From assembly GCA_016195685.1 (NCBI GenBank), contig JACPZE010000010.1, positions 16,751-80,750 of the forward strand: 64,000 nt of DNA. The letters run 5' to 3'. Both the position numbers and the translations under genes were made by a program. The DNA is from Candidatus Gottesmanbacteria bacterium. Lineage in GTDB: Bacteria > Patescibacteriota > Microgenomatia > 2-02-FULL-39-11. Positions within the stretch are counted from its first letter, which is position 1; each line of letters opens with the position of its first letter. Of this stretch, positions 27,547-38,563 are shown piece by piece. Below the pieces are notes generated by a model that made no database searches, had not been told where the DNA came from, and saw only the letters and a list, made by a program, of their open reading frames with translations.

Positions 27547-27852
27547 ATGGTGATTAAATCAAATTCTGTAAAACCATTATTCGATAATGTTCTCATAAAG
27601 CCCCTTGAAGGAGAGACGAAAACAGCGGGAGGAATTCTTCTTCCAGAAACCGCCAAAGAAAAACCCCAGATGGGAAAAATTATGGCAGTCGGACCGGGCG
27701 GAGTCAGTGATGATGGTAAAACAGTCCCGATGATGGTTAAAGTCGGTCAGACGGTTATGTATAAAAAATGGGGTGGTAATGAACTTAAAGTAGATGGAGA
27801 AGAATGGTTACTCGTTGAACAAAAAGATATTTTGGCAATTATTTCTACGTAA
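27547..27852 (+). CDS. groES: Co-chaperonin GroES
   Basis: 101 aa. IKPLFDNVLIKPLE...GGILLPE. SD AAAGGAGG. Confidence 0.95.
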   Translation: MVIKSNSVKPLFDNVLIKPLEGETKTAGGILLPETAKEKPQMGKIMAVGPGGVSDDGKTVPMMVKVGQTVMYKKWGGNELKVDGEEWLLVEQKDILAIIST

Positions 27853-27875
27853 ATTACAAATTACCTTATCTCTGA

Positions 27876-29528
<1,653 letters not shown>

Positions 29529-29552
29529 ATTAATCAATTTAAAAAATTCAAA

Positions 29553-29579
29553 AGCCCCGAGCGCGCTCGGGGCTTTTAT
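29553..29579 (+). terminator. Intrinsic terminator after groEL
   Basis: GCCCCGAGCG/CGCTCGGGGC perfect stem followed by TTTT. Confidence 0.8.
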
Positions 29580-29615
29580 ATTGAAAAATAGCATCCAGGG
29601 TGGTATATTAAAACA

Positions 29616-30455
29616 ATGAATAAAAGGGCGATTTTAATAATCGTAATATTCTTAGCAGTATTAGGTTTTGGTGGGTATAAATTATTGGCACTTCGATCCG
29701 GTGGAACTGCAGGTCTTAAAGTAATCGCCACTCCCATTTCAAGTATTTTCTTAAACGATAAACTAATTGGTAAAACTCCATACGATGATAAATATACCAG
29801 CGGAGATTATATTCTTAAACTTATTCCCGAAGGAATTTCCTCACAAACTGTTTCCTGGCAAGGTAAAATTACTTTAAACCCATCAGTCTTGACTTATGTG
29901 AACCGCGAATTAGGTACGAGTGAGCTTACTTCTGCGGGAGAGGTACTTACATTGGAAAAAATATCCCAGACCCAAGCCCAACTTTCTGTTGTATCTCAAC
30001 CAGACGGTGCAACTGTTATTGTAGATGGACAAGAAAAAGGGACGACGCCAATAAGTTCTACAGAAGTAACTGCAGGGGAACACGAAGTAGCAGTATCTTC
30101 ACCTGGATTTACAGCAAGAACAGTTAGGATGTCTGCCGTAGTTGGATATAAACTATTAGTGAACATCCAACTTGCGCTAACTCCTGGTCAAGAAGTTACT
30201 CCTTCTGCAACAACTTCATCTACAACTACATCTTCAGAAAAACAGATAAGTAAACCTTATGTTGTTATTAAAGACACCCCTACCGGTTTTTTACGTGTGA
30301 GAGTTGCTCCGTCTTTGTCTGCTACTGAGGCAGCTCAAGTCAAACCCGGTGAAAAGTATCCTTTTGTAGATGCAAAAGAGGGGTGGTTTCAGATAACCTA
30401 TGATACTGGTAAAAACGGTTGGGTATCTAATAGTTATGCAGAAAAGGTTGAGTAA
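29616..30455 (+). CDS. PEGA domain protein with C-terminal SH3b-like domain, membrane-anchored
   Basis: N-terminal TM. PEGA motif region VSQPDGATVIVDGQEKGTTP. SH3b-like C-terminus. Confidence 0.65.
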   Translation: MNKRAILIIVIFLAVLGFGGYKLLALRSGGTAGLKVIATPISSIFLNDKLIGKTPYDDKYTSGDYILKLIPEGISSQTVSWQGKITLNPSVLTYVNRELGTSELTSAGEVLTLEKISQTQAQLSVVSQPDGATVIVDGQEKGTTPISSTEVTAGEHEVAVSSPGFTARTVRMSAVVGYKLLVNIQLALTPGQEVTPSATTSSTTTSSEKQISKPYVVIKDTPTGFLRVRVAPSLSATEAAQVKPGEKYPFVDAKEGWFQITYDTGKNGWVSNSYAEKVE

Positions 30456-30456
30456 C

Positions 30457-31539
30457 TTAAAATTCCTCAGCTGATTTTTTTGGTAATTTCCTCAAAAAAT
30501 TTATCCAGATAATAAACATGCATGCGATAATCACTACAAAAAGTACCGCAAATAGTTTTTGCCTGCTGTTAGTTAGAAGCGCGATTATTCCTGCTATTGC
30601 CGAAATCAACCAATAAAAAAAAGCGATTCTTCTTCTACCCCAACCTAAAGATAAAAGGTGGTGATGGAGGTGTCCAGATGTTGCTTGCATTGGTGAACGG
30701 CCACGAAAAATTCTTTTAAGCAGAATAAAAGAAGCATCAACCATAGGTACAGCTAGAACTAACAAAGCTGCACCTAATTTACTAAAAGATAGTATTGATA
30801 GTATTGCTAACATAAACCCTGCCAACGTTTTCCCCCCATACCCGGGCATAATTTTCTGAGGATAAAAGTTCCACAGTAAAAATCCCAAAAATGATCCTGC
30901 CGTAGCAAAAGAAAGAAACGTAACGTATAACTGACGCGGGTCATGCGTAGCATAGCGAAGTGAGAGAAAACCAATTACTGCTGCTGCTATACTGACTATT
31001 CCAGGAAGTTGTCCATCTACTCCACCAGACCAACCAATAATATTTGTAGTCCAAAGAATCCAAAAGAAGCCAATCATATCAGCTAATACCAAGATAGAGT
31101 GCCCCCCCCATAAATTGAAAGGAATTCGCCATAAATCTAGATGAATAATTCCTCCAAAAGGATTGGTGATATAAGGAATTCCTACTCCAAATCCAATCGC
31201 AATAATTGCAGATAAACAGTTAGTTAGAAATCTTAAATAAGGAGACCGATCTTTCCTATCATCCCAAAGGCCGACCAAAACTAAAATCACACTACCCAAG
31301 AAAATACCTACGATTTCTTTTGGAATCGGAAATAGAAAAAGAAACGGAAAAAAAATGCCGAAAAATATAGGCAGACCTCCTGCTCGAGGAATAACAGATT
31401 TATGGGTATGTGCAGGATGAGGTCTAGTTTTAGGATCATCGACGAGTTTAAATTTTAAAGCAATAGAAATTATTCCAGGTGTAATTCCTGAAGTAATCAA
31501 AAAGGAGATGAGAAAAATAAGTAAAATACTTGTGATCAT
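30457..31539 (-). CDS. Glycosyltransferase family 4 polyprenyl-phosphate HexNAc-1-phosphate transferase (WecA/MraY family)
   Basis: Multi-TM protein. LWDDRKD DD motif and SGHLHHHLL His motif. Confidence 0.8.
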   Translation of the reverse strand: MITSILLIFLISFLITSGITPGIISIALKFKLVDDPKTRPHPAHTHKSVIPRAGGLPIFFGIFFPFLFLFPIPKEIVGIFLGSVILVLVGLWDDRKDRSPYLRFLTNCLSAIIAIGFGVGIPYITNPFGGIIHLDLWRIPFNLWGGHSILVLADMIGFFWILWTTNIIGWSGGVDGQLPGIVSIAAAVIGFLSLRYATHDPRQLYVTFLSFATAGSFLGFLLWNFYPQKIMPGYGGKTLAGFMLAILSILSFSKLGAALLVLAVPMVDASFILLKRIFRGRSPMQATSGHLHHHLLSLGWGRRRIAFFYWLISAIAGIIALLTNSRQKLFAVLFVVIIACMFIIWINFLRKLPKKSAEEF

Positions 31540-31541
31540 AC

Positions 31542-31895
31542 TTAAGTGATCAAGAAAATAATTTTTACAAAAGTAAAAAACAATAATAATGTTGCAGTGG
31601 TGGCCATAACCGTAAGAATAACAGCCGCCAACCTTTCTTTTGTGTATAAAATAAATGCCAGATAATAATTTATCAAAGAAAATATGAATGCGAAAATAGG
31701 AAGAGTGGATATTTTAATTGGTGTACCTAGTTGGTCATTACTTCTAGGAAGTGAGTAAAAAATAGGTATTTGTGAAGGTAATGACGACCATTTAAATATA
31801 AAAAGAATAATAAAAATAACAAAAATCATACCATTGATAAAGGAAAACCTTTTTATTTGTTTATCATTGAAAAATTCTTTCAAGTTAGACTTCAT
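31542..31895 (-). CDS. Small integral membrane protein (hypothetical)
   Basis: Three predicted TM helices within the glycosyltransferase cluster. Confidence 0.4.
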   Translation of the reverse strand: MKSNLKEFFNDKQIKRFSFINGMIFVIFIILFIFKWSSLPSQIPIFYSLPRSNDQLGTPIKISTLPIFAFIFSLINYYLAFILYTKERLAAVILTVMATTATLLLFFTFVKIIFLIT

Positions 31896-31896
31896 T

Positions 31897-33177
31897 TTAT
31901 TTATTTTCTACCAGACTGAAAGTGGCATCATCCCCAACCATAAAAGTTTTTGAAGGGGCATCCGGTAAGTAACTTCTTGATATATTTGGGAAAACTACCG
32001 TAACACCAATATAATTTGGGATGGTTATACCATTAGGGTTATAAACGAAAACTTTATCTTTATTTTTAAAATAATAAGCCGATTCCAAAAAACCTATGGG
32101 TGTTTTGGCGTAGACAAAATCATTATGTGTTGCAATTTTGTTTATTTCAGCAAACGTGGATTTAAAGTCTGTTTTTTTATGGTAAGGAGGAGCAATAAGA
32201 TTAATAACAATTATCAAAATCAGCCAAAAACAAATTGAAAAAGTCTTAAAAATTGTATTTTTTATAGACCAGATAGAAAAACAAATAGCCAATACTTCAA
32301 AAACAGTAACGAATATCATATAGCGATTCACAAAAAGAGGCCGCTTCAGCATAGAATATCCAAGGATTAAAACAAGTGGAAAAAATACAGGAAGGCTAAA
32401 AAGAAGCCCCTCTTTCTTTTTGTGCTTTAAACCGATGATTATATAAATAAAAATTATGACAGAAAGAATTATTGTATATCCCCAATAATTTCCTGGTGTA
32501 CCTTCATAGCTGGTAAAAAGATTTCCAAGTGAAGAGGTAACAGTCTGGAAGTTTACCGGAAAAAGCCATGAATTTTTTGAATTGATGAACTGAACTGCAA
32601 GAATTGGGATCCAAGGCAAAAAATAAATTAAAGGCTTAACGACTAAGAAGAAACTCTTTTTATTTAACTGTTTCGTAAACCATAAGTAGGTTGCAAAAGA
32701 AACGATGATCAGCGGAAAAAAAGAATGAGTATATAAACCCAGGGTAGAAACAACGGTATACCATTTCCAGTTTTTAAAATAAAAGAAGTAAATTGAGGCA
32801 AATGTAAATAACGCATAGAAAGAATACATCCTCATCTCAAAGGCATAATAAAGAAGCATTGGGTTTAAGAGAGTGAAAAGTGCTACAAACCAAGCAAATT
32901 TTTTTGAAAAAACTTTTTCTGAAAAAACATAAGCTATATATACAGTTACTATATGCGCGAAAAATGATAATAGTCTAAGCCCTTCATCTGATTGACCCAC
33001 AATTTTCATCCAAAAATGGAGAAGAAGATAATAAACAGGAGGGTTGAAATCATGGGCAGTATTTATGATAACTTGAACGATATTTGGTTTGGCCATAAAG
33101 TAAGAAAATGCTTCATCTCGCCAAATAGATTGGATAAGATAAAAAATGGGTGTATGATAAAAAATAAAATTAAGCAT
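31897..33177 (-). CDS. GT39/GT83-like membrane glycosyltransferase (PMT/ArnT-like)
   Basis: Polytopic protein. N-terminal loop WRDEAFSYF matches the PMT-family DE motif (vFDEvhFgk...Y). Confidence 0.55.
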   Translation of the reverse strand: MLNFIFYHTPIFYLIQSIWRDEAFSYFMAKPNIVQVIINTAHDFNPPVYYLLLHFWMKIVGQSDEGLRLLSFFAHIVTVYIAYVFSEKVFSKKFAWFVALFTLLNPMLLYYAFEMRMYSFYALFTFASIYFFYFKNWKWYTVVSTLGLYTHSFFPLIIVSFATYLWFTKQLNKKSFFLVVKPLIYFLPWIPILAVQFINSKNSWLFPVNFQTVTSSLGNLFTSYEGTPGNYWGYTIILSVIIFIYIIIGLKHKKKEGLLFSLPVFFPLVLILGYSMLKRPLFVNRYMIFVTVFEVLAICFSIWSIKNTIFKTFSICFWLILIIVINLIAPPYHKKTDFKSTFAEINKIATHNDFVYAKTPIGFLESAYYFKNKDKVFVYNPNGITIPNYIGVTVVFPNISRSYLPDAPSKTFMVGDDATFSLVENK

Positions 33178-34658
33178 CAGTTTTTTTCCGTAACTTTATA
33201 TTCAAGCCTTTTTCCCAGTAATAACCGTGTATGCGCATCTAAAGCTGGTAAAGATGAAAGGAAAAAAGAAGTTACCGGGAGAAGTATCCATTGAAATAAG
33301 AGTACTGGCGTTTTAGCAATGGAAAAAGAAGCAGGCCTTTTAGGGTGTGATTTCATATCAATAAATACAAGTACTGCAATAAAAAAGGTAGTAATAGTCA
33401 TAATAACGCCAGATAATCTAGGCAGATTATAACCCAGACTAGTACGGCTGAATACGGGATTTATCAAGGCTGGAATCGATGCTCCTAGTGTCAGTATAAA
33501 AAAAGAGGTAGGCCAGAAAATATGTGTTTCTATGACATAGAATACGCGAAAGAATTTTGGTAAAAAGGGAATATCAGTCGTAAAAAATTTATGTAAGGCA
33601 TAAGGGATATCAGTTATACCCCACGCCCAACGTTTTTCTTGTTCGTAGCGTGAGATAAAAGTTCCCAAAAGTGTTTTGCTTTTTACTGCGTCTCTGGAAA
33701 CAATAAGATATAAAGGGATGGTTTTCACTTTTTCTCCTAAGGTAAAGAATGCCTGGAGAAAGATATGCCAGTCTTCGGGAATGATATCAACATCCCAAAA
33801 GCCAATTTTTTCCAACATTTTAAATGATAGGGAGTAGGTAGAAACTTGGATTAGACTATCAGCTCTTGAGAGTGAAGCGAGTCTTATGATACTGGAGATA
33901 GTCGCTTGTAATCGAATAGGGAGAGGAATTTCCCAAAAATTACTGTATAACAAAACTGGAGCCCAATAAAAATGTAAATAACGGTCAGGATCGGTAAGAA
34001 ATGTATAAGTTAGATAAGAATAATATTTATTCGGGAGAAGTGCATCCGCATCACATGATGTAATAGTAATATAATCTTTATCGATTTTTTTATCATTAAT
34101 GGCTTTAGTTAAAGATTTTGCAGCCCAACTAGAATTACTAGCTTTGCCTTTAATTTCTCCATCTAGATCTGGATGAAAAGTAGCAAAGACATCAGCAAAT
34201 TTCTTTTTAAATTCATTTATAAGTAATTGTGCGCGTATTTTAGCCTCTTTGCCTTCACGTTGCTCCATGGCAAGAACGACCAGGATTCTTTTGGAAGGGA
34301 AATCTTGACTAGCCAAATATTGAAGAGTTTTTCTGACTTTTTCTACACTTTCTTTATAGTTAGGGATGATTATTGCGTGATAAACTTTATCAAAATGCAG
34401 AAGTTTTGATGCTTTTTGGTACCAATCTATTTGGGATAAATGTTTTAACCGAAGGTAAGAAATGGTTGAAAGGATTGCTACAGATATAGATTTATAAAGA
34501 AAATACACATCAAACGTGAGTATAAAATAAGCAACAATTGCAGGATGGAAAAAAGATAGCCAAACAGGTAAAGTTATTATTGCCCAGGTTGTTACCGGAA
34601 TGGTGATTTCTATAAATCTTTTTATCAGCAGGGGATATTTGATAAAAAGGTTTTTCAT
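33177..34658 (-). CDS. Processive family-2 glycosyltransferase (cellulose/hyaluronan synthase-like), membrane-bound
   Basis: GT2 core IIPNYKES, DxD CDAD and QEKRW (QxxRW) motifs. N- and C-terminal TM bundles. Confidence 0.8.
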   Translation of the reverse strand: MKNLFIKYPLLIKRFIEITIPVTTWAIITLPVWLSFFHPAIVAYFILTFDVYFLYKSISVAILSTISYLRLKHLSQIDWYQKASKLLHFDKVYHAIIIPNYKESVEKVRKTLQYLASQDFPSKRILVVLAMEQREGKEAKIRAQLLINEFKKKFADVFATFHPDLDGEIKGKASNSSWAAKSLTKAINDKKIDKDYITITSCDADALLPNKYYSYLTYTFLTDPDRYLHFYWAPVLLYSNFWEIPLPIRLQATISSIIRLASLSRADSLIQVSTYSLSFKMLEKIGFWDVDIIPEDWHIFLQAFFTLGEKVKTIPLYLIVSRDAVKSKTLLGTFISRYEQEKRWAWGITDIPYALHKFFTTDIPFLPKFFRVFYVIETHIFWPTSFFILTLGASIPALINPVFSRTSLGYNLPRLSGVIMTITTFFIAVLVFIDMKSHPKRPASFSIAKTPVLLFQWILLPVTSFFLSSLPALDAHTRLLLGKRLEYKVTEKN

Positions 34659-34674
34659 TAGATAGCCTATTTTA

Positions 34675-35493
34675 TCATATATAAGGCGTAAGCTTAAATA
34701 ATTCTAGTGCGTTCTTAGTAGTTATACTTCCTAATTCTTGTATTGAAATATTATGAATTTGTGATGTAAACTCAACAGTATGGATCAAATTAGCTGGTTC
34801 ATTGAGTTTTCCGCGCAAGGGTAGAGGAGTCAAAAAAGGAGAATCAGTTTCCAAGAGTAACCGATCAATAGGCGTATATTTGACTAAATCATGGAGATTT
34901 TTATTTTCAGGATAAGTGACATTCCCGTCAAAGCCAACATAAAAGCCTAGATTAAGCACTTTTTCCAGATGTTTTTTTTCTCCGCCAAAACAATGAAAAA
35001 CTGCTTTAATATTTTTTTCCCCTGTTTGAATATAAGATTGAATTAATTCCAATTGATCGTCATGGGCATCACGGCAGTGGAAAATGATTGGTAGATTAAA
35101 TTCTGTCGCAATTTCAATTTGCAGAATTAATAATTCTTTTTGGTGTTTTTTGTTTTCTCTTGAAACCGGTGAATAATCTTTATATACATGGTAATCCAAT
35201 CCAATTTCACCTATTGCTACTGTTTTTTTGTTTTTAATGAATAAATTTAATTCTTCTTCAATATTACTTTCCCCCAAATCTATAAATTCATCTACATGAT
35301 GGGGATGTATTCCTATTGCCGCAAAACAATCGTCATATTTTTGAGAAATTTCAACTGCTTTTCGGCTGGATCCAATCTTCGCTCCTGGGATAATGATTTT
35401 ATCAATCCCGGCCTTTTTGGCTCTATCGATTACTTCTTCCAGATTTTTATTAAAAGCTTTGAAATTAAGATGTGCGTGGGTATCTATAAACAT
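34675..35493 (-). CDS. TatD family metal-dependent hydrolase/DNase
   Basis: MFIDTHAHLNF N-terminus plus TatD His/Glu/Asp motifs. Confidence 0.9.
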   Translation of the reverse strand: MFIDTHAHLNFKAFNKNLEEVIDRAKKAGIDKIIIPGAKIGSSRKAVEISQKYDDCFAAIGIHPHHVDEFIDLGESNIEEELNLFIKNKKTVAIGEIGLDYHVYKDYSPVSRENKKHQKELLILQIEIATEFNLPIIFHCRDAHDDQLELIQSYIQTGEKNIKAVFHCFGGEKKHLEKVLNLGFYVGFDGNVTYPENKNLHDLVKYTPIDRLLLETDSPFLTPLPLRGKLNEPANLIHTVEFTSQIHNISIQELGSITTKNALELFKLTPYI

Positions 35494-36924
35494 TTACTTA
35501 ATCCTTGGAAATAATGGCGGTTGGGATTTTATATTTGAGTCTGAAAATTGTTTAATAATTTTTTCAGATGTCCCTGGTAGAAATGGTTGGAGGAGGGCAG
35601 CGATTTCAACGATCTGATTAACAAGTGGTTCTAATACTTTCTGCAATTTAACCCCCTTTAATTCCCAGGGTTTTTCGCTATCAATTTCCTTATTGGTAGA
35701 AGTTACTCTAGTCCAGACAAAAGCTAAGGCATCATTGAACCGAAATTCTTCTAAAGCGTTCTTATACTTTGTATAGTTATTAACTATTACTTGATAATCA
35801 GTAGTCAATATATAATATTTATTATTCTCAGCTAGTTTTGCAACGCGTGCAACTAGGTTTCCCAGACCATTTGCCAGATCTGCATTGTAAATTTCCTTCA
35901 TGCGTGAGTGTGAAAAATCTCCGTCCGAAGTTGCCGGAATCTCCTTTAACAGATAATACCTAACTGTATCGACACCATACTGATTTACTAGTTGAATTGG
36001 ATCAATGACATTGCCTAGACTTTTGCTCATTTTTTGTCCTTCTGAAGTGATGAATCCGTGGATGAAAATTTGAGTAGTGTTAGGAAGTCCTGCAGACATC
36101 AACATTGCCTGCCAGATAGCAGACTGTTGTCTTAAATTATCTTTTCCACATGTTTGAACTCCAGGCCAAAATTTTTGGTATTCGATTAATCTAGTTGGCC
36201 ATCCTAAAGTAGAAATATAATAAACTAACGCATCAAACCAAACATACATGACATGATCAGGGTCATTTGGGACGTCTACCCCCCAAGGCATCTTAGATTT
36301 TAAACGTGAGATGCTAAAATCTTCCAAGCTTTTTTTTACAAAAGTTTCAATTTCTTTGAGTCGATAATTAGGTACTACAAAGGCCTTATTTTTTTTATAG
36401 AATTCAAGGAGTTTTTTTTGATAATTCGAAAATCTAAAAAAATAATTTTCCTCCTCATAATTTTCTATTCTTAAATTTGGATGAATTGGACAAACTCCAT
36501 TTTCTAATTCAGAATTTGTTTTTTCCAACTCACAACCATAACAATATTTAATTCTATAATTTTTTTTATAAATATCGTCACTTGCGTAGCAGCGATTCCA
36601 AAATTCCTGTGCTGCTTTTACATGAAATAGATCAGTTGAACGGATAAAATGAGTGCTACTCAAATTTAACAATTTTTTTAATCCTATAAATTTTTTGACT
36701 TTTTCATCGCAATATTCCTGAGGATTTTTATGTTCTTCAAGTGCTTTTTTGTAAATTTTCAAACCATGTTCATCGGATCCATAGCCAAAAGCAACGTCAT
36801 AACCTATCAGTTTTTTAAATCTTGCTATCACATCAGTTTGAATTAATTCCAATGCATAACCAATATGGGGATCTGCATTGACGTAAGACGAAGTGGTAGT
36901 AATATAAAAATTCTTTTTAGTCAT
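35494..36924 (-). CDS. metG: Methionine--tRNA ligase (minimal, 476 aa)
   Basis: Class I HIGH-type motif (variant HIGY) and KMSKS motif. Cys knuckle CYGCE...CPIH. Confidence 0.88.
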   Translation of the reverse strand: MTKKNFYITTTSSYVNADPHIGYALELIQTDVIARFKKLIGYDVAFGYGSDEHGLKIYKKALEEHKNPQEYCDEKVKKFIGLKKLLNLSSTHFIRSTDLFHVKAAQEFWNRCYASDDIYKKNYRIKYCYGCELEKTNSELENGVCPIHPNLRIENYEEENYFFRFSNYQKKLLEFYKKNKAFVVPNYRLKEIETFVKKSLEDFSISRLKSKMPWGVDVPNDPDHVMYVWFDALVYYISTLGWPTRLIEYQKFWPGVQTCGKDNLRQQSAIWQAMLMSAGLPNTTQIFIHGFITSEGQKMSKSLGNVIDPIQLVNQYGVDTVRYYLLKEIPATSDGDFSHSRMKEIYNADLANGLGNLVARVAKLAENNKYYILTTDYQVIVNNYTKYKNALEEFRFNDALAFVWTRVTSTNKEIDSEKPWELKGVKLQKVLEPLVNQIVEIAALLQPFLPGTSEKIIKQFSDSNIKSQPPLFPRIK

Positions 36925-37306
36925 GTTCTCTCCAGGATAGCTCTAATTGTATATTATCGGGGTCCCGAAATGCCAATACATATAGCTGGTTCGATAATTT
37001 TTTAATCTCTCCATGTTCTATTTTTTCTTTATCAAAAAATACTATAGCATCTTCCAAATCCTTCTTTGATTTAACTGTAAACGATATATGGTCCATTCCC
37101 GCGTTTTTTTCATCGAATCGGTTTTCTTTCAAAGTGCCCTTATGATCAGTAAGACCTAAATAAAAAAACCCGTTAAAAAACATCACAAAATTTGAATATT
37201 CAGCAACAAGTTTAAATCCAGGCAATTTAGCATAAAATTGCTTAGACTTTTGCAGATTGAAAGCAGTAAATTCTATATGATGAATGCCATCAATTTTAAA
37301 ACTCAT
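36917..37306 (-). CDS. VOC/glyoxalase family protein
   Basis: 129-aa glyoxalase-like fold pattern (GIHHIEFTAFNL). Confidence 0.55.
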   Translation of the reverse strand: MSFKIDGIHHIEFTAFNLQKSKQFYAKLPGFKLVAEYSNFVMFFNGFFYLGLTDHKGTLKENRFDEKNAGMDHISFTVKSKKDLEDAIVFFDKEKIEHGEIKKLSNQLYVLAFRDPDNIQLELSWREHD

Positions 37307-37312
37307 AATTTA

Positions 37313-38068
37313 TTATCTTTTATAGGCTATATCCAAAATATCAGTACTATTGATGTTAAGTAATCGTGATGCATTGTCCAAATTTACTGCTAATTCTAAA
37401 GTATAACTGCTACCGATTATAGCCAAAGGTTTGCCTGCCGGTACATCTGAAAAAGTCTTTACGATAGGCAATTCCAATTGTGAATGCTTATTTTTTATTA
37501 TTAAATTTTTGCCGATAGTAATTTCATTTGGCCAATAAACCTTAATATTTCCAAAATAATCTACATGTAGCACTTGACCGGTTTTAAAAAAAATCCTTTC
37601 CAGTGAGAGGGAATCTATCCTTATACTGCCAAAATCTTCAGGCTTTTTTCCCTGAGCTATATATACTGCTGCTTTTATAAAAATATCTCTGCCATGGAAA
37701 GTAGTGGAGAATTCTTTACTAATTTTATTCTCCCGAATCTGCCAAGTGTTTTCTAAAATTTCTTTTTCAATAGCAGGAGAAAGTAATCCATTGTCAGGTC
37801 CAACAAACCAAAATCTTTTTGTCTTTACAATTATTCCGCGCCTTTGACTTCCCACCCCAGGATCAACCACTCCCAAATGTACTGTTCCTATCGGCGAAAA
37901 CCTGGTAATTAAAGCGATTTGAAAAGCTCCCTCCGTGATAGAAAATGGTGCCACGCTGTGATTCTCTATAACCTCTCCGTGAAAACCCAAACAAGAAACA
38001 ATGGTTTTTAACTGCGCAGCAGCAAATTGATCTCCGAAATCTGTAGTGACAGTAATTAATTTATGCAT
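37313..38068 (-). CDS. SAM hydroxide adenosyltransferase family (DUF62; fluorinase/chlorinase-like SAM hydrolase)
   Basis: N-terminal ITVTTDFGDQFAAAQLK matches the DUF62 signature (TDFG...Y.G). Confidence 0.7.
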   Translation of the reverse strand: MHKLITVTTDFGDQFAAAQLKTIVSCLGFHGEVIENHSVAPFSITEGAFQIALITRFSPIGTVHLGVVDPGVGSQRRGIIVKTKRFWFVGPDNGLLSPAIEKEILENTWQIRENKISKEFSTTFHGRDIFIKAAVYIAQGKKPEDFGSIRIDSLSLERIFFKTGQVLHVDYFGNIKVYWPNEITIGKNLIIKNKHSQLELPIVKTFSDVPAGKPLAIIGSSYTLELAVNLDNASRLLNINSTDILDIAYKR

Positions 38069-38076
38069 TTTCCCAA

Positions 38077-38099
38077 GAAAAAACCTCCTTACGGAGGTT
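38077..38099 (-). terminator. Intrinsic terminator (minus strand)
   Basis: On the minus strand, AACCTCC-GTAA-GGAGGTT followed by TTTTTT. Confidence 0.5.
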
Positions 38100-38215
38100 A
38101 GAATTTTTACACAACAAACCTCCGCTAGGAAGCGTTCATCATGTCCATCATTACGGAAGTTTGACTTATCATTAATTCCAAATATATCATATTCAATATA
38201 ATTGTCAACCAGACG

Positions 38216-38521
38216 CTAACTTTCTCTAAAATAAATCTCAAATGTGATAAAAATACCAATAAGAAGAATAGTGTTTAAAATATTCTCTAAATGAAATTGT
38301 CGAAACAAAAGATACAGAATAATAATTATTATCCAGACAAGAGTTCTTACGATAGACAAAAAAGATTTCAAGGTGAAAAAAATAGTTAGCGCTAAAAGTA
38401 GATAAAATCCCAAAAATGAAATTATTGATGCAGGTTCGATAATCGCTATATAGCCTATGAAAGTGATCCAGAAAAGTATACGATTAAAAATCGTCTTTCT
38501 ATCTCTTAATCTTCGCCTCAT
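38216..38521 (-). CDS. Small membrane protein (hypothetical)
   Basis: Three TM helices. Basic N-terminus. Confidence 0.4.
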   Translation of the reverse strand: MRRRLRDRKTIFNRILFWITFIGYIAIIEPASIISFLGFYLLLALTIFFTLKSFLSIVRTLVWIIIIILYLLFRQFHLENILNTILLIGIFITFEIYFRES

Positions 38522-38563
38522 AATGTCATTGTAAGATCTAAAGTGCTAGAATGAAAGTGCAAA

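Noticed and set aside
38082-38160. Second and third imperfect copies of CCTCC...GGAAG near the minus-strand terminator as a repeat element
   Set aside because: Only the first copy forms a clean hairpin with a T-run. The others are partial matches that do not pair convincingly.
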